Shown: positions 18,059-28,579 of the stretch, in pieces | Position numbering within the stretch: position 1 is the stretch's first letter | Layout of the letters: each line of letters starts with the position of its first letter | Assembly (NCBI GenBank): GCA_963674965.2 | Contig: CAXXFL010000005.1 | Location: 288,001 to 352,000, forward strand | Length of the DNA: 64,000 bases | Origin: a bacterium | Lineage (GTDB): Bacteria > RBG-13-61-14 > DATKZS01 | Direction of reading: 5' to 3' | Program-made: the position numbers and the translations under genes | The notes under the pieces: model-generated | What the model was told of the DNA's origin: nothing | The model's input: the letters and a program-made list of their open reading frames with translations, nothing else | Database searches by the model: none

Positions 18059-21000
18059 ATGGACGAAAAAGAAATGGCGGCGCGCGCTCTCGGGGGTGAG
18101 GGCGGCCTGATCGACGTGGCCCGCTCGGTCAAGGGCGGCGCGAAAAGCCTCAAGGTCATGGGCCTGGCCGGGTCGTCCGCCTCCTTCCTCGCCTGCCTTC
18201 TGGCCCGGGAGACGGCGCGACAGACGCTGGTCGTCTGCCCCGACGAAAAGGAGGCCCAGAGGGTCGCCGAGGAGGTCGAGTTCTATATCGGGGCGCTGGG
18301 TCTTACGGCCCGTTCTTTCGCGCTGCCGGCGCGGGACCCCTACCGGTCCCTGCCGGGAAGCTCGACCACGGGACGGGCGGCGGCCCTGGCGGCCATGCTC
18401 GAGCCGGAGGACGGAGCGCCCGCCATCGTGGCGGCCTCGATCGAGGCCGTCCTCAATTCCTGCCCTCCCCCCTCCGCTTTTTTCGACGGGCTCCTCGAGG
18501 TCCGGGAGGGGGACGCCCTGGCTAGGGACGAGCTGACCTCCGCCCTGGTCAAGTCCGGCTATACCGCCGTCTCCGCCGTCATGGAGCCGGGCGACTTCTC
18601 CGTAAGGGGAGGCATCGTGGACGTGTTCGCCGCGGGATCATCCCTGCCCTTCCGCGTCGAGTTGTGGGACGACGAGATCGAGTCCATCCGCAACTTCGAC
18701 CCCTCATCTCAGAAGTCGACGGATAAAATAACGCGCGCCCTGGTCCCGCCCCTCAAGGAGGTCATCCTCACCCCGGGCTCGACGGCGCTGGCCCGGGAGA
18801 GGATCGGCGACTACGCCCGCCGCGTCAAGGAGGGACTCTACGGGGACCTGGCCGAGGCCGACCTGGTCAAGAACCTGGCCGAGCTGTACGGCCGGCTCGA
18901 GAGACGGGACCACTTTCCCGGCATCCAGGGTTTCCTTCCCGCCTTCTACGAGGAAAGCGCCTGCGCCCTCGATTACGCGGACGACGACGCGGTGGTCGTC
19001 TACCTCGAGCCCTTCCTCTGCGAGCAGGCCATAGCCCGGCGGCTCGAGGCGCTGGAGGACGAATGGCGGCGCGAGATCGAGTCGGGCCTGATGGCGCTTC
19101 CCCCCCGGACCCATTTGGTCACGCGGAAAAAGGCGGAGGACGCCCTGTCCGGCAAAGCTATGGTCGTCTCGGGAGTCGAGTCTGAATACCTCGAGAAGGA
19201 GAGCGCGATCGAGGGGGGAGCGGCCGTTGGCGCGCCCCGTCCCCCCCGGCCCGAGATCGAGGCCCTGCCCGGCATATCGTCGGACCTTTCCAGCCTCAAG
19301 GTACGGCCGGAGGAGGAAGACCCTCTTGGCCCCTTCATCGCGGCCCTCGAGGACTTCGGGGGCCTGGGGATAAGGACCCTCCTGGTCAGTCCCATGCCGG
19401 CCAAGGCCGAGCACCTGGCCGAGCTGCTGGCGGGCCGGGGCGTCCATGCGCCCATCCATGAGGAGGCAAGTCCCGCGCTGGCCGACGCCCCGGCCATGGC
19501 CGTCGCGGTGGGCGCTCTCCAGCGGGGTTTTCTGGACCTGGCCGGCAAGCTGGCGGTCATACCCGAGGCCGAGGTGTTCGGCGAGAAGATACGCAAGCGC
19601 CGGACCTCCCGGCTGATGGAGTCCTTTATCGGGGACCTCTCGGACCTGGGGGAGGGCGACCACGTGGTTCACGCCGAACACGGCGTGGGCATATACCGGG
19701 GCCTGGTATCTCTCGAGGTCCAGTGGGTGGGTGAATGGGACTTCGTCAACCTTCGCGAGCGTCCCCGGATCAGGATGGACTCGGCCAAGATCGAGTACGC
19801 CGAGGGCGCCGGCCTATACGTTCCCGTCCACCGGGTCAACCAGATATCCAAGTACCGCGGGCCCTCCGAGACGCCTCCTCCCCTGGACGCGCTGGGGGGG
19901 AACGCCTGGGAGAAGCTGAGACGCAAGGTCAAAAAGGCGGTGCGGGAGTTCGCCGAGTACCTGATCCGCATCCACGCCTCGCGCAAGCTGAACAAGGGCT
20001 TTGCCTTCCCGCCTCCGGACGCGGCCTTCCGGGAGTTCGAGGAAAACTTCGAGTTCGAGGAGACGCCCGACCAGATGCGCGCCATCGACGACGTTATCAA
20101 GGACATGGTAAAGCCCGAGAGCATGGACCGGGTTGTCTGCGGCGACGTGGGCTACGGCAAGACCGAGGTCGCCCTGCGCGCGGCCTTCCTGGCGGCCATG
20201 AGCGGCAGGCAGGTGGCGGTCCTGGTCCCCACCACCATCCTGGCCCAGCAGCACCACGACACCTTCGCCCGGCGCCTCAAGAGCTACCCTTTACAGGTGA
20301 GGTCCCTCTCGAGGTTCCTGGGCCCGGCCCAGAGGAAGAAGGTGGTCGAGGAATTGTCCGAGGGCAAGGCCGACGTGGTCATCGGTACCCACCGTCTGCT
20401 TTCCAAGGACGTCCGTTTCCGCGACCTGGGCCTTTTGATCATCGACGAGGAACACCGGTTCGGGGTCAAGCACAAGGAGAGGCTCCGGGAGATAAGGAGC
20501 GCGGTGGACACCCTGACCTTGACGGCGACCCCCATCCCCCGCACGCTTTACATGTCCCTTTCCGGCATCCGCGACCTGTCGGTCATCGACACGCCTCCCC
20601 CCGACCGGCTCTCGGTATACACGGAGCTTATCCGGGCCGACGACCGTCTCATCCGGGAGGCCCTCGAGCGCGAGCTGCGGCGGGGCGGCCAGGCCTTTTT
20701 CGTCCACAACCGGGTCCGGACCATCGAGGCCGCCGCGGGCCTGGTAAGGAGTCTCGTTCCGACGGCCAAGGTGCTGGTGGCCCACGGCCAGATGAAGGAG
20801 GGCGAGCTCGAGAAGATCATGCGGGAGTTCGTGGGCCGCCGGGCCGACGTTCTGGTCTGCTCGGCCATCATCGAGAGCGGCCTGGACATACCCACGGTCA
20901 ATACCATGGTCGTGGACCGGGCCGACACCTTCGGGCTGGCCCAGCTCTACCAGCTTCGCGGCCGGGTGGGCCGGGGCAAGGAGCGGGGCTACTGCTACCT

Positions 21001-21694
21001 CATGGTCCCTTCCAGGGGGTCCATGACCAAGGAGGCGGCCCAGCGCCTGAAGGTGCTGAAGGAATTCTCCGAGCTGGGAAGCGGCTTCAAGGTGGCGGCC
21101 CACGACCTCGAGATTCGGGGCGCGGGCAACCTCCTGGGCGCCGAGCAGTCGGGCCACATGACTAAAATCGGCGTCGAGCTTTACATGAACCTGCTCGAGG
21201 AGGAGATAGCCCGCTTGAAGGGAGAGGCGGTCGAGACCCAAATCGAGCCCGAGATCAACCTGCCCGTGCCCTCTTATCTTTCCGAGGAATACGTGCCCGA
21301 CCAGAAAGAGCGCCTGTCCTGGTACAAGCGCCTCTCGAGGTCGCGCTCGCTCGATGAGGTCGCCTCTCTTCGCGACGAGCTGCGGGACCGCTACGGGTCC
21401 TTGCCGGGGGAGGCCGAGAACCTGATCGAGGTGGCCAGGCTCAAGACGGCCCTTTATCAAATTCGGGCCACCGAGCTTTCCTACAACGGCAAGGCCCTTA
21501 TACTGGGCCTGAGCGACGACACCACCGCCGACGTGGACGTCCTTATCGGCATGGCCACCCAGCGGCCCCGCGCCTGCCGGCTGGGACCGGACAACCGCTT
21601 CCATTACTCGCTTTCGGCCAAGTCTCCCGGCGAGGTCTTCGAGGGGGCCAGGGCTTTATTGAACGAGGTCATGGGCCGTGATAGAATTTTTTAG
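18059..21694 (+). CDS. mfd: Transcription-repair coupling factor
   Basis: UvrB-homology region (FSVRGGIVDVF), VVHAEHGVG, ETPDQ, CGDVGYGKTEVA, IIDEEHRFGV, TATPIPRTL, QLRGRVGR, DLEIRGAGNLLG. Confidence 0.97.
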   Translation: MDEKEMAARALGGEGGLIDVARSVKGGAKSLKVMGLAGSSASFLACLLARETARQTLVVCPDEKEAQRVAEEVEFYIGALGLTARSFALPARDPYRSLPGSSTTGRAAALAAMLEPEDGAPAIVAASIEAVLNSCPPPSAFFDGLLEVREGDALARDELTSALVKSGYTAVSAVMEPGDFSVRGGIVDVFAAGSSLPFRVELWDDEIESIRNFDPSSQKSTDKITRALVPPLKEVILTPGSTALARERIGDYARRVKEGLYGDLAEADLVKNLAELYGRLERRDHFPGIQGFLPAFYEESACALDYADDDAVVVYLEPFLCEQAIARRLEALEDEWRREIESGLMALPPRTHLVTRKKAEDALSGKAMVVSGVESEYLEKESAIEGGAAVGAPRPPRPEIEALPGISSDLSSLKVRPEEEDPLGPFIAALEDFGGLGIRTLLVSPMPAKAEHLAELLAGRGVHAPIHEEASPALADAPAMAVAVGALQRGFLDLAGKLAVIPEAEVFGEKIRKRRTSRLMESFIGDLSDLGEGDHVVHAEHGVGIYRGLVSLEVQWVGEWDFVNLRERPRIRMDSAKIEYAEGAGLYVPVHRVNQISKYRGPSETPPPLDALGGNAWEKLRRKVKKAVREFAEYLIRIHASRKLNKGFAFPPPDAAFREFEENFEFEETPDQMRAIDDVIKDMVKPESMDRVVCGDVGYGKTEVALRAAFLAAMSGRQVAVLVPTTILAQQHHDTFARRLKSYPLQVRSLSRFLGPAQRKKVVEELSEGKADVVIGTHRLLSKDVRFRDLGLLIIDEEHRFGVKHKERLREIRSAVDTLTLTATPIPRTLYMSLSGIRDLSVIDTPPPDRLSVYTELIRADDRLIREALERELRRGGQAFFVHNRVRTIEAAAGLVRSLVPTAKVLVAHGQMKEGELEKIMREFVGRRADVLVCSAIIESGLDIPTVNTMVVDRADTFGLAQLYQLRGRVGRGKERGYCYLMVPSRGSMTKEAAQRLKVLKEFSELGSGFKVAAHDLEIRGAGNLLGAEQSGHMTKIGVELYMNLLEEEIARLKGEAVETQIEPEINLPVPSYLSEEYVPDQKERLSWYKRLSRSRSLDEVASLRDELRDRYGSLPGEAENLIEVARLKTALYQIRATELSYNGKALILGLSDDTTADVDVLIGMATQRPRACRLGPDNRFHYSLSAKSPGEVFEGARALLNEVMGRDRIF

Positions 21695-21799
21695 TTGATC
21701 CGGACGTGGCGGATCGGGCCTTTTCCCAAGAGAGCGCGGCGGGATTCCCGCTTTTTCTCGAACGTTTACAATATTTCTTCCGGGGTACTTGCGAGCCAA

Positions 21800-23326
21800 A
21801 TGGAAAATTTTTTAAACGACGCGGTTGTATCTATCAACGATTTTTTATGGGGATACGTCCTTATTTTCCTTTTGGTGGGCACGGGCATATTCCTTACCAT
21901 AAGGACGCGGGGCATACAGCTTTTCGGGCTCGGCCACGGAGTGAAACTCACGCGGGGCGTGTACGATAAAAAGGAGGACGCCGGCGACCTCTCTCATTTC
22001 CAGGCCCTTACCACGGCCCTTTCCGCCACGGTGGGAGTGGGAAACATAGCGGGCGTGGCCATCGCCATCAAGATGGGCGGGCCGGGGGCCCTCTTCTGGA
22101 TGTGGGTGACCGCGGCGGTGGGTATGGCCACCAAGTTCACCTCATGCACCCTGGCGGTCAAGTACCGGAAAATCAACGAGGACGGGACCGTCTCGGGCGG
22201 GCCCATGTACTTCATCGAAAACGGACTGGGCCAAAGCTGGAAGCCGCTGGCCGCGGCCTTCGCCGTGTTCGCCACCGTGGGTACCTTCGGGGCCGGCTGC
22301 ATGGCCCAGGCGGGGGAGCTGTCCAGGGCCTTCGTCACCCTTTTCAGGAGCGACGTAACGGCGGAGATGATCGCGGCCTCGGAGGGCGGACTTCTATATT
22401 CGCTGTATCTTAAGACCGCCTACTTCATCCAGCTTCATCCAACGCTTGCCAACTTCGGGGTGGGCGTTGTGGTTTCGGCCATGGTGGCGGTCGTTATCCT
22501 GGGCGGTATCAAGAGGATCGGCAACGTCACCAGCAAGCTGGTGCCCTTCATGGCGGTCTTTTACGTGACGGCCGCCCTGACCATTATCATCATGAACATG
22601 GGCTCCGTGCCCGCCGCTTTGGTAACGGTGTTCAGCGACGCCTTTACCGGCACGGCCGCCGCGGGCGGCTTCACGGGCGCGACCTTTATCCTGGCCCTCA
22701 AGTGGGGCGTCAAGCGCGGGCTCTTCTCGAACGAGTCGGGACAGGGAAGCGCGCCCATCGCCCACGCCACGGCCAAGACCAATTACCCGGCGCGGGAGGG
22801 CTACGTGGCCCTTCTCGAGCCCTTTATCGACACCATTATCATCTGCTCGCTCACGGGCCTCGTTATAATCATCACCGGGGCCTGGACCGCCGAGGGCGAT
22901 ATCGGGGGCGCCGACATGACGGCCCACGCCTTCCAGCTCGGGCTCGGCAAGCTCCACAACGTGGCCGTCGAGGCCCGGCTGGGCCGGCTGCTCGTGACCT
23001 TCGGCGTCATCCTCTTCGCCTATTCCACGGCCCTTTCCTGGTCTTACTATGGGGACAGGTGCATTGGATACCTTTTCGGCCTGAAGGCCGTGGTCCCCTA
23101 CCGGGTGGTCTTCTGCCTGTTCCTTATCGTGGGCGCCACCATCAAGATCGACCTGGTCTGGAACCTTTGCGACCTCATGAACGGGGCCATGGCCCTGCCC
23201 AACCTCATCGCTCTCATCCTCCTCTCGGGGGTGGTCGTCAAGGAACTGAACGAATACAAAATGAAAATCCCGGACTTTGACCGGGAAATATCCGGAAAGA
23301 TAAACGGGAGCTCCGAAAATGGCTAA
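21800..23326 (+). CDS. Sodium:alanine/glycine symporter (AGCS family)
   Basis: SATVGVGNIAGVA, GGPGALFWMW, GGPMY, RGLFSNESGQGSAP, EPFIDT. Confidence 0.93.
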   Translation: MENFLNDAVVSINDFLWGYVLIFLLVGTGIFLTIRTRGIQLFGLGHGVKLTRGVYDKKEDAGDLSHFQALTTALSATVGVGNIAGVAIAIKMGGPGALFWMWVTAAVGMATKFTSCTLAVKYRKINEDGTVSGGPMYFIENGLGQSWKPLAAAFAVFATVGTFGAGCMAQAGELSRAFVTLFRSDVTAEMIAASEGGLLYSLYLKTAYFIQLHPTLANFGVGVVVSAMVAVVILGGIKRIGNVTSKLVPFMAVFYVTAALTIIIMNMGSVPAALVTVFSDAFTGTAAAGGFTGATFILALKWGVKRGLFSNESGQGSAPIAHATAKTNYPAREGYVALLEPFIDTIIICSLTGLVIIITGAWTAEGDIGGADMTAHAFQLGLGKLHNVAVEARLGRLLVTFGVILFAYSTALSWSYYGDRCIGYLFGLKAVVPYRVVFCLFLIVGATIKIDLVWNLCDLMNGAMALPNLIALILLSGVVVKELNEYKMKIPDFDREISGKINGSSENG

Positions 23327-24596
23327 GGTTGACGTGCGAAAGATCAAGGATCAGGCCACCAGGGCCTTGAAAAAGGGTCAGTTCGACAAGGCGCTCGAGC
23401 GTTTTGAGGAACTGTCGAAGTACCAGCCCAAGGACCTTCGGCTGAAGATGAAGGTGGCCGACATCCTGGTGAAGATGCACAGGAATGAGGACGCCTTCAA
23501 GGTGTACGAGGAAGTGGCCGAGGCATACGCGGCCGACGGCTTCCTTATCCAGGCCATCTCGGTTTACAAGATCGTCAGCCAGATCGACCCCAAGCGGCCG
23601 GGCGTGACGGAGAAGCTTGACGCGCTCAACCAGGCCCGCGGCATTCCCGCCATCGCTCCCAAGCCGGCGGCGGCCCCTCCCGACGCGGACCCCGGCCTGG
23701 CCGAGGAAAAGTCCCTGGCCGAGGAGATCGAGGAGGTCAAGCAGAGAAAGGAAGAACAGGAGAAGTCGCGCTCCAAGGAGTGGCGCTTCCCCGAGACGCC
23801 CTTGTTCGGCCAGCTGGGGGAGGAGGAGTTCACCCAGGTGGTCTCGAAGTTCCAGGTGGGAACCATCCCGAGGCGCACGCCCGTGATCAAGGAGGGCACC
23901 AAGGGCGACTCCTTTTTTATCGTCTCCCAGGGCGACGTGAGGGTGTTTAGGACTCATCCAAAAAGCGGCAAGAAGATCACCCTGGCCCACTTGAAGGACG
24001 GGGCCTTTTTCGGGGAGATGGCCATCTTCCTCGACTCGATCCGGACGGCGAGCTGCGAGACGGCGGAGGAAACCACCCTGCTTCGGATAAACCGCAAGGA
24101 CCTTGACGAGTTGATGGAGAAGTACCCCAATATCCGGGAGGTGATGCACGACTTTTTCAAGAAGCGGGCCCTTGACCAGCTCTTCAAGACCATGAACCTT
24201 TTCTCGAGCCTTGACGAGGCGGAGCGCGAGGTGTTGGCGGACAAGATGGAGATGATCGAGACCGAGCCCGGCGCGACCCTTATCCGGGAGGGCGAGGCGG
24301 GCGAGTATTTATACGTGATTTACAGCGGTGAGGTCGAGGTGACCACCACCCACGAGGAAAAGGGAACGGTCAAGCTGGCGACCATTTCTCCCGGCGACTA
24401 CGTGGGCGAGATAGCCCTGGTGCAGGGCAAGCTGAACACGGCCGACGTGGTAACCTCGAGCAAGTGCGTGATTTTCAGATTGAACAAGGCCACCTTCAAG
24501 GAGCTTCTGGCCATCCACTCCCCCATGCTGGACGAGCTGACCTCGACCATCGAGGCCAGGTTAAAGGACACCGTAACCACGCTCCTTAAGGCCTGA
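23319..24596 (+). CDS. TPR-like + two cyclic-nucleotide-binding domains protein
   Basis: N-terminal helical repeats; two cNMP domains (FFGEMA..RTAS; YVGEIA..NTAD). Confidence 0.85.
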   Translation: MAKVDVRKIKDQATRALKKGQFDKALERFEELSKYQPKDLRLKMKVADILVKMHRNEDAFKVYEEVAEAYAADGFLIQAISVYKIVSQIDPKRPGVTEKLDALNQARGIPAIAPKPAAAPPDADPGLAEEKSLAEEIEEVKQRKEEQEKSRSKEWRFPETPLFGQLGEEEFTQVVSKFQVGTIPRRTPVIKEGTKGDSFFIVSQGDVRVFRTHPKSGKKITLAHLKDGAFFGEMAIFLDSIRTASCETAEETTLLRINRKDLDELMEKYPNIREVMHDFFKKRALDQLFKTMNLFSSLDEAEREVLADKMEMIETEPGATLIREGEAGEYLYVIYSGEVEVTTTHEEKGTVKLATISPGDYVGEIALVQGKLNTADVVTSSKCVIFRLNKATFKELLAIHSPMLDELTSTIEARLKDTVTTLLKA

Positions 24597-24686
24597 GGCC
24601 GCCGTGGTCTTTTTTCCCCGGCTTTATTGGGCTAGGATAATAGGCGGGGACAAGCTAATTCGGGTTCCAGCCTTTAACCTGGGGGT

Positions 24687-26225
24687 ATGATTGAAATGAC
24701 TCACAAGAGCTTGAGGCCCATCGAGAGGGTCATGCTCATCTTTCCGCCCATGTTCGACACCATCTACGTGGACACCATGTACTGCCCGCCCATGGGCATC
24801 GCCTACCTGGGGGCCTTCGTTCGGGACATGGTGGACGTGAAGCTCCTGGACGCTCTTATCGAGGGCCGTCACAGGAAGGAGATGATCACCGATATCATCG
24901 AGCTTAACGGCCTGAGCTACGATGAGATCGTCAATCGGATACGCGATTATAAGCCCGACATGGTGGGTTTTTCCTGCATCTTTTCCGGCCAGATCGCGGG
25001 CATCCGGGAGATAGCCCGCCGGGTCAGAAAAGAGGTCGACCCCGATACGGTCCTCGTGGCCGGCGGCACTCACCCGAGCTTTCTGCCGGAGAGGACCCTG
25101 GAGAACACCGAGCTGGATTACATCGTGCTCGGCGAGGGAGAGCTGACCTTCCGGGACATAATCCAGGCCCATAACCGGGGACACGGGATCGAGGAAATCG
25201 ACGGCCTGGCCTACCGCGCCAACGGGACCGTCCAGGTCAACCCCCGGATCAACTACGTCGAGGACCTGGACGATCTTCCCCTGCCCGCTCGGGACCTTCT
25301 TCCCATGGAGGAATATTTCAAGGCCAACGTCCCCATGGGACTGCACTGGAGGAAAAGAAGGAACACGCCCATCATCACCAGCAGGGGATGCCCCCACCGG
25401 TGCGCCTTCTGCTCGTCGCATATTCACTGGGGAGACCGCTACCGGCCCCGCACCCCCGGGAGCGTGCTCGACGAGATCGAGCATTTGAAAAGCGTCTACA
25501 ACGTCCAGGAGCTCAAGTTCCAGGACGACAACCTGACCATACCCCGCGCCCGGGCCCAGGCCATCTTCGAGGGCATGATCGAACGGGGACTGGTTATGCC
25601 CTGGAACACTCCCAACGGCGTGGCCATCTGGACGCTGGACGAGGAGCTAATAAAGCTTATGAAGAAGAGCGGGTGTTTCGAGTTCACCCTGGCCATCGAG
25701 TCCGGCGACCCGTGGGTGCTCAAGAACATCGTCAAGAAGCCCCTCAAGCTGGAGAAGGCGGTCGAGATCGCCCGGCTCGCCCGCAAGTACAAGATTTCCA
25801 CCACGGGGTATTTCATCATCGGCTTCCCCGGCGAGACGCGCGAGCAGATTCAGACCACCCTGGACTTCGCCCTCAAGATCGGCATCGACCACATCGCGCC
25901 TTTCATCTACAACCCCCTTCCCGGCTCGGAGCTTTGGAAGGTCTGCATCGAGAAGGGATACATCTCCAAGGACTACCGGTATGAGGACGCGAACAATTAT
26001 TTCCAGTCCGACCTTATCACGGAGAACTTCGACGCCGACGAGCTATTAAAGGCCCAGGCCAGGACCTATCTTAAGAACCTCGTTAAAATGCCCTTCCGTA
26101 ACCCTCGGGAGTTTTTCTCCTATTACTCGAGACTGGCGCTGACCCGGCCCGACTTTTTGCGCACCTTCATTAACAACTCCCTCAAGTCGGTCAAGAAGGC
26201 CTTGCCCGTTTCCCTTCGTCCGTGA
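24687..26225 (+). CDS. Cobalamin-binding radical SAM protein (class B methyltransferase-like)
   Basis: PPMGIAYL, GGTHPS, GEGE, TSRGCPHRCAFC, FQDDNLT, IIGFPGET. Confidence 0.9.
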   Translation: MIEMTHKSLRPIERVMLIFPPMFDTIYVDTMYCPPMGIAYLGAFVRDMVDVKLLDALIEGRHRKEMITDIIELNGLSYDEIVNRIRDYKPDMVGFSCIFSGQIAGIREIARRVRKEVDPDTVLVAGGTHPSFLPERTLENTELDYIVLGEGELTFRDIIQAHNRGHGIEEIDGLAYRANGTVQVNPRINYVEDLDDLPLPARDLLPMEEYFKANVPMGLHWRKRRNTPIITSRGCPHRCAFCSSHIHWGDRYRPRTPGSVLDEIEHLKSVYNVQELKFQDDNLTIPRARAQAIFEGMIERGLVMPWNTPNGVAIWTLDEELIKLMKKSGCFEFTLAIESGDPWVLKNIVKKPLKLEKAVEIARLARKYKISTTGYFIIGFPGETREQIQTTLDFALKIGIDHIAPFIYNPLPGSELWKVCIEKGYISKDYRYEDANNYFQSDLITENFDADELLKAQARTYLKNLVKMPFRNPREFFSYYSRLALTRPDFLRTFINNSLKSVKKALPVSLRP

Positions 26226-26261
26226 GCCGCTCGAGATGGATCGTCAATCGGGAGGAAAGAA

Positions 26262-27203
26262 TTGACCGGCGACCGATCAGGGGAGGAAAGGGCCCTTATC
26301 ACCAACGTGCAGGGCTTCTCCACCGAGGACGGGCCCGGCATACGGACCACGGTGTTCTTCAAGGGCTGCCCCCTCCGCTGCCCCTGGTGCCACAACCCCG
26401 AGGGACTCCTTAATAAGGAACAACTGATCTTTTACGCCCAAAAGTGCATCGGGTGCAAGACCTGCCTTACGGTCTGCGAGCATGGGGCGCCGATCCCAGG
26501 CTGGCCCAACCAGGACGAGTGCGTCTCGTGCTTCAAGTGCGTTGACGCATGTCCCGCGGCGGCGCGCCAGAAGATGGGCGAGTGGATCGGGGTCGGGGCG
26601 CTGGTGGACAAGGTGCTACGCGACCGGGTCTACTACGAGACCTCGGGAGGCGGCGTCACCGCCAGCGGGGGCGAGGCCATGATCTGGTGGAAGTTTCTGG
26701 CCGAGTTCTTTAAAAGGCTCCAGGCCGAGAAGATACACGTGGCCCTCGACACCAGCGCGGTCATAGGGGGAGAGCCGCTGGCCAGGGTCCTCGAGCGGGT
26801 GGACCTGGCCCTGGTGGACCTGAAGATCATGGACCCTAAAAGACATCGGGAAATCATCGGCGTCGAGCTGCCCCCCATCCTCGACCACGTAAGGGAGATT
26901 GACGGTTCCGGCACGCGCATGTTCATACGCGTCCCGGTGGTGCCGGGCTACACCGACGGGGAGGAAAACCTCACGGCCATCGCCGAGTTCGCCCGAGGCC
27001 TGGAAAACCTGGTGAAGGTCGATCTCCTGCCCTATCATCGCATGGCCGAGGCCAAGTACCGGCAATTGGGAGGCGCCTACCCCTTGCCCGAGGTACCCAC
27101 TCCGGGCGACGAGGCCATGAATAAGGCCCGGGAGATTTTTTTAAGCCATGAGGTCCCCGCGGTCATAGCCGGCCGGGACGATGGTATCGATCGGCCGGGT
27201 TAA
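26262..27203 (+). CDS. Glycyl-radical enzyme activating protein
   Basis: DGPGIRTTVFFKGCPLRCPWCHNPE, ferredoxin insert, GGGVTASGGE; TTG start after GGAGG. Confidence 0.92.
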   Translation: MTGDRSGEERALITNVQGFSTEDGPGIRTTVFFKGCPLRCPWCHNPEGLLNKEQLIFYAQKCIGCKTCLTVCEHGAPIPGWPNQDECVSCFKCVDACPAAARQKMGEWIGVGALVDKVLRDRVYYETSGGGVTASGGEAMIWWKFLAEFFKRLQAEKIHVALDTSAVIGGEPLARVLERVDLALVDLKIMDPKRHREIIGVELPPILDHVREIDGSGTRMFIRVPVVPGYTDGEENLTAIAEFARGLENLVKVDLLPYHRMAEAKYRQLGGAYPLPEVPTPGDEAMNKAREIFLSHEVPAVIAGRDDGIDRPG

Positions 27204-28534
27204 GGTCTTTTTTCCCCGGCTATCTTCTTTTTTATTTTTTCGTTCCACATCTTGCCCAGTCGGTCCGACACGAGGCGAAAATCATCGCGGGAGGGAACGA
27301 AAACTTCCCACACGCTTTTCTTCATCTGCCTGGCGACGACCGCCGCCAGGGCGGCGGCGAGGGCGAAGGAGCCGGCGGTCATGGAAATTCCGGCTCCAAA
27401 GGCTCCCATCTCCGGGACGAGCCACAAGCATCCGGCCGCGCAGATGGCCAGGGCCAAGGCCCTGGGCAGGGTGACGAGCTGGGGTTTCCCAATTCCCGAC
27501 AGGTGGGCCATGGTGACGTTTTCCGTGCCGAGGAAAAGGACGGCGGGTAAAATGATTATCACCACGGGAACCATGGGGGCGTATTCCTCGCCGAAAAGCA
27601 GGGGCACGAAAAAGGGCGCGGCCAAGGCGGCCACCACGAGCATGGGTATGAAAACAATGATGTTCAGCCTTATCAGCCTTCCCGTCAGCGTGTCTCCCGC
27701 CTCTCCCTTCAGCCTGGCCGAGGCCGGGAAAAGGACCGAGTTGATGGCCTTGGGAAGAAGGAGGAGCCGCTCGCACATGGCCAGTCCAATCACGAAATAG
27801 GAGGCCTGGACCGGATTGTCCACGTGGCCGAGAAAATAAACCCCGGCGCGATAAAAGAAAGTAATGATAACGAGGTTGGCGTACGACCTCATTCCAAAGG
27901 AATAAAACTGCTTGAGGACGCTGGAATTGAAGGTGATCCTTGGAAAGGGCCTCTTGAGAAGGAAAGGTAAACCGAAAACCACCTCGGCGGCGTATATGGC
28001 CAGGTTGACCACCACGACGGAGGGGACAGAGATAGTGTCCGTTAGCCAGAGAGCGCCTATGCCTCCAAGATATAAGAGGCTGCGTCCGATGGAGAAAAGG
28101 TTCCATAAATGTATGCGCTGGAGGCCGACGAAGGTATGGAGCACCCCGCTGGCGAGGAACTGGAGGGGAATCATGGAGCAGGCGAGAAGAACCAGGCTTA
28201 GCTCGTAGTCTTTCCATACCATTTGATTTGCCGCGTACACGGCAAGGAAGGCCACCATCGACGCAATCCCCTGCATGAGATGCAAGATAATGCCCGTGCC
28301 TATATAGCCCTCCCGCTCTCCCTTTTTATGATTGGCCGTTAAAAAAGTCTGGGAACTGGAAAGGCCGAACATGCTTATCTGTACCACCGTGCCGGGAATC
28401 AGCATCAGGATTCCGAGTTCTCCCCTCAACTCGGGCTTGAGGCCTCGAGCGAGGGCGATGGAGGTGAACAGGAAAATAAGGATTTGAAACACCCTGGTGG
28501 CCACGGTGGACGTGATATGAGCCGCTATTTTCAA
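27200..28534 (-). CDS. Polysaccharide flippase (Wzx/MOP family)
   Basis: About 12 TM helices; ARGLKPELRG, PLLFGEEYAP, GIGKP. Confidence 0.8.
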   Translation of the reverse strand: MKIAAHITSTVATRVFQILIFLFTSIALARGLKPELRGELGILMLIPGTVVQISMFGLSSSQTFLTANHKKGEREGYIGTGIILHLMQGIASMVAFLAVYAANQMVWKDYELSLVLLACSMIPLQFLASGVLHTFVGLQRIHLWNLFSIGRSLLYLGGIGALWLTDTISVPSVVVVNLAIYAAEVVFGLPFLLKRPFPRITFNSSVLKQFYSFGMRSYANLVIITFFYRAGVYFLGHVDNPVQASYFVIGLAMCERLLLLPKAINSVLFPASARLKGEAGDTLTGRLIRLNIIVFIPMLVVAALAAPFFVPLLFGEEYAPMVPVVIIILPAVLFLGTENVTMAHLSGIGKPQLVTLPRALALAICAAGCLWLVPEMGAFGAGISMTAGSFALAAALAAVVARQMKKSVWEVFVPSRDDFRLVSDRLGKMWNEKIKKKIAGEKRP

Positions 28535-28579
28535 GCCGTGGTTAAACCTCCGACGATTGGCGGGAAGATTGCCTCGTCA

